A stretch of DNA of 48,677 bases, taken from positions 37,186,674-37,235,350 of the forward strand of contig NC_069002.1 of assembly GCF_001194135.2 (NCBI RefSeq), given 5' to 3'. The notes below the pieces were generated by a model. That model searched no databases. It was given only the letters and a program-made list of their open reading frames with translations, and was not told the origin of the DNA. Source of the stretch: Octopus bimaculoides. Its lineage: Eukaryota. The position numbers were made by a program, and so were the translations under genes. Shown here one piece after another: positions 48,670-48,677 of the stretch (the first letter of the stretch is position 1; each line of letters opens with the position of its first letter).

Positions 48670-48677
48670 TATATATA

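Overview
Eukaryotic, AT-rich, microsatellite-dense genomic DNA with three N-gaps. The SINE/RTE repeat families look like those of octopus or another cephalopod mollusc (inference from recalled repeat motifs, no search run). The main feature is a complete cullin-5 gene (CUL5) on the minus strand, which I reconstructed by hand: 18 GT-AG coding exons from 44909 down to 20797, 2337 nt, 778 aa plus stop, in frame across every junction. Its start codon lies only 41 nt from the start codon of a divergent plus-strand gene whose first exon (MAADKADEEQNHSGIPKADFV|gt) matches prefoldin subunit 3 (VBP1/PFDN3). The 41-nt spacer holds a perfect TCTCGCGAGA palindrome next to a one-mismatch copy. This ultra-compact bidirectional unit is the most striking observation. 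The rest is mostly decayed mobile DNA: RTE LINEs, a Penelope-like element, Gypsy fragments, Tc1/maT remnants, hAT and piggyBac-type MITEs, many SINEs, and a Merlin transposon with an 8-bp target-site duplication (TSD) built from two 3' ends. There is also a 74-bp hairpin beside a gap, a 36-bp minisatellite, and an unassigned CpG-retaining, promoter-like region at about 0.2-4.4 kb. Most ORF-track entries are microsatellite, N-gap or antisense artefacts. Repeat boundaries are approximate unless TIR/TSD coordinates are given.
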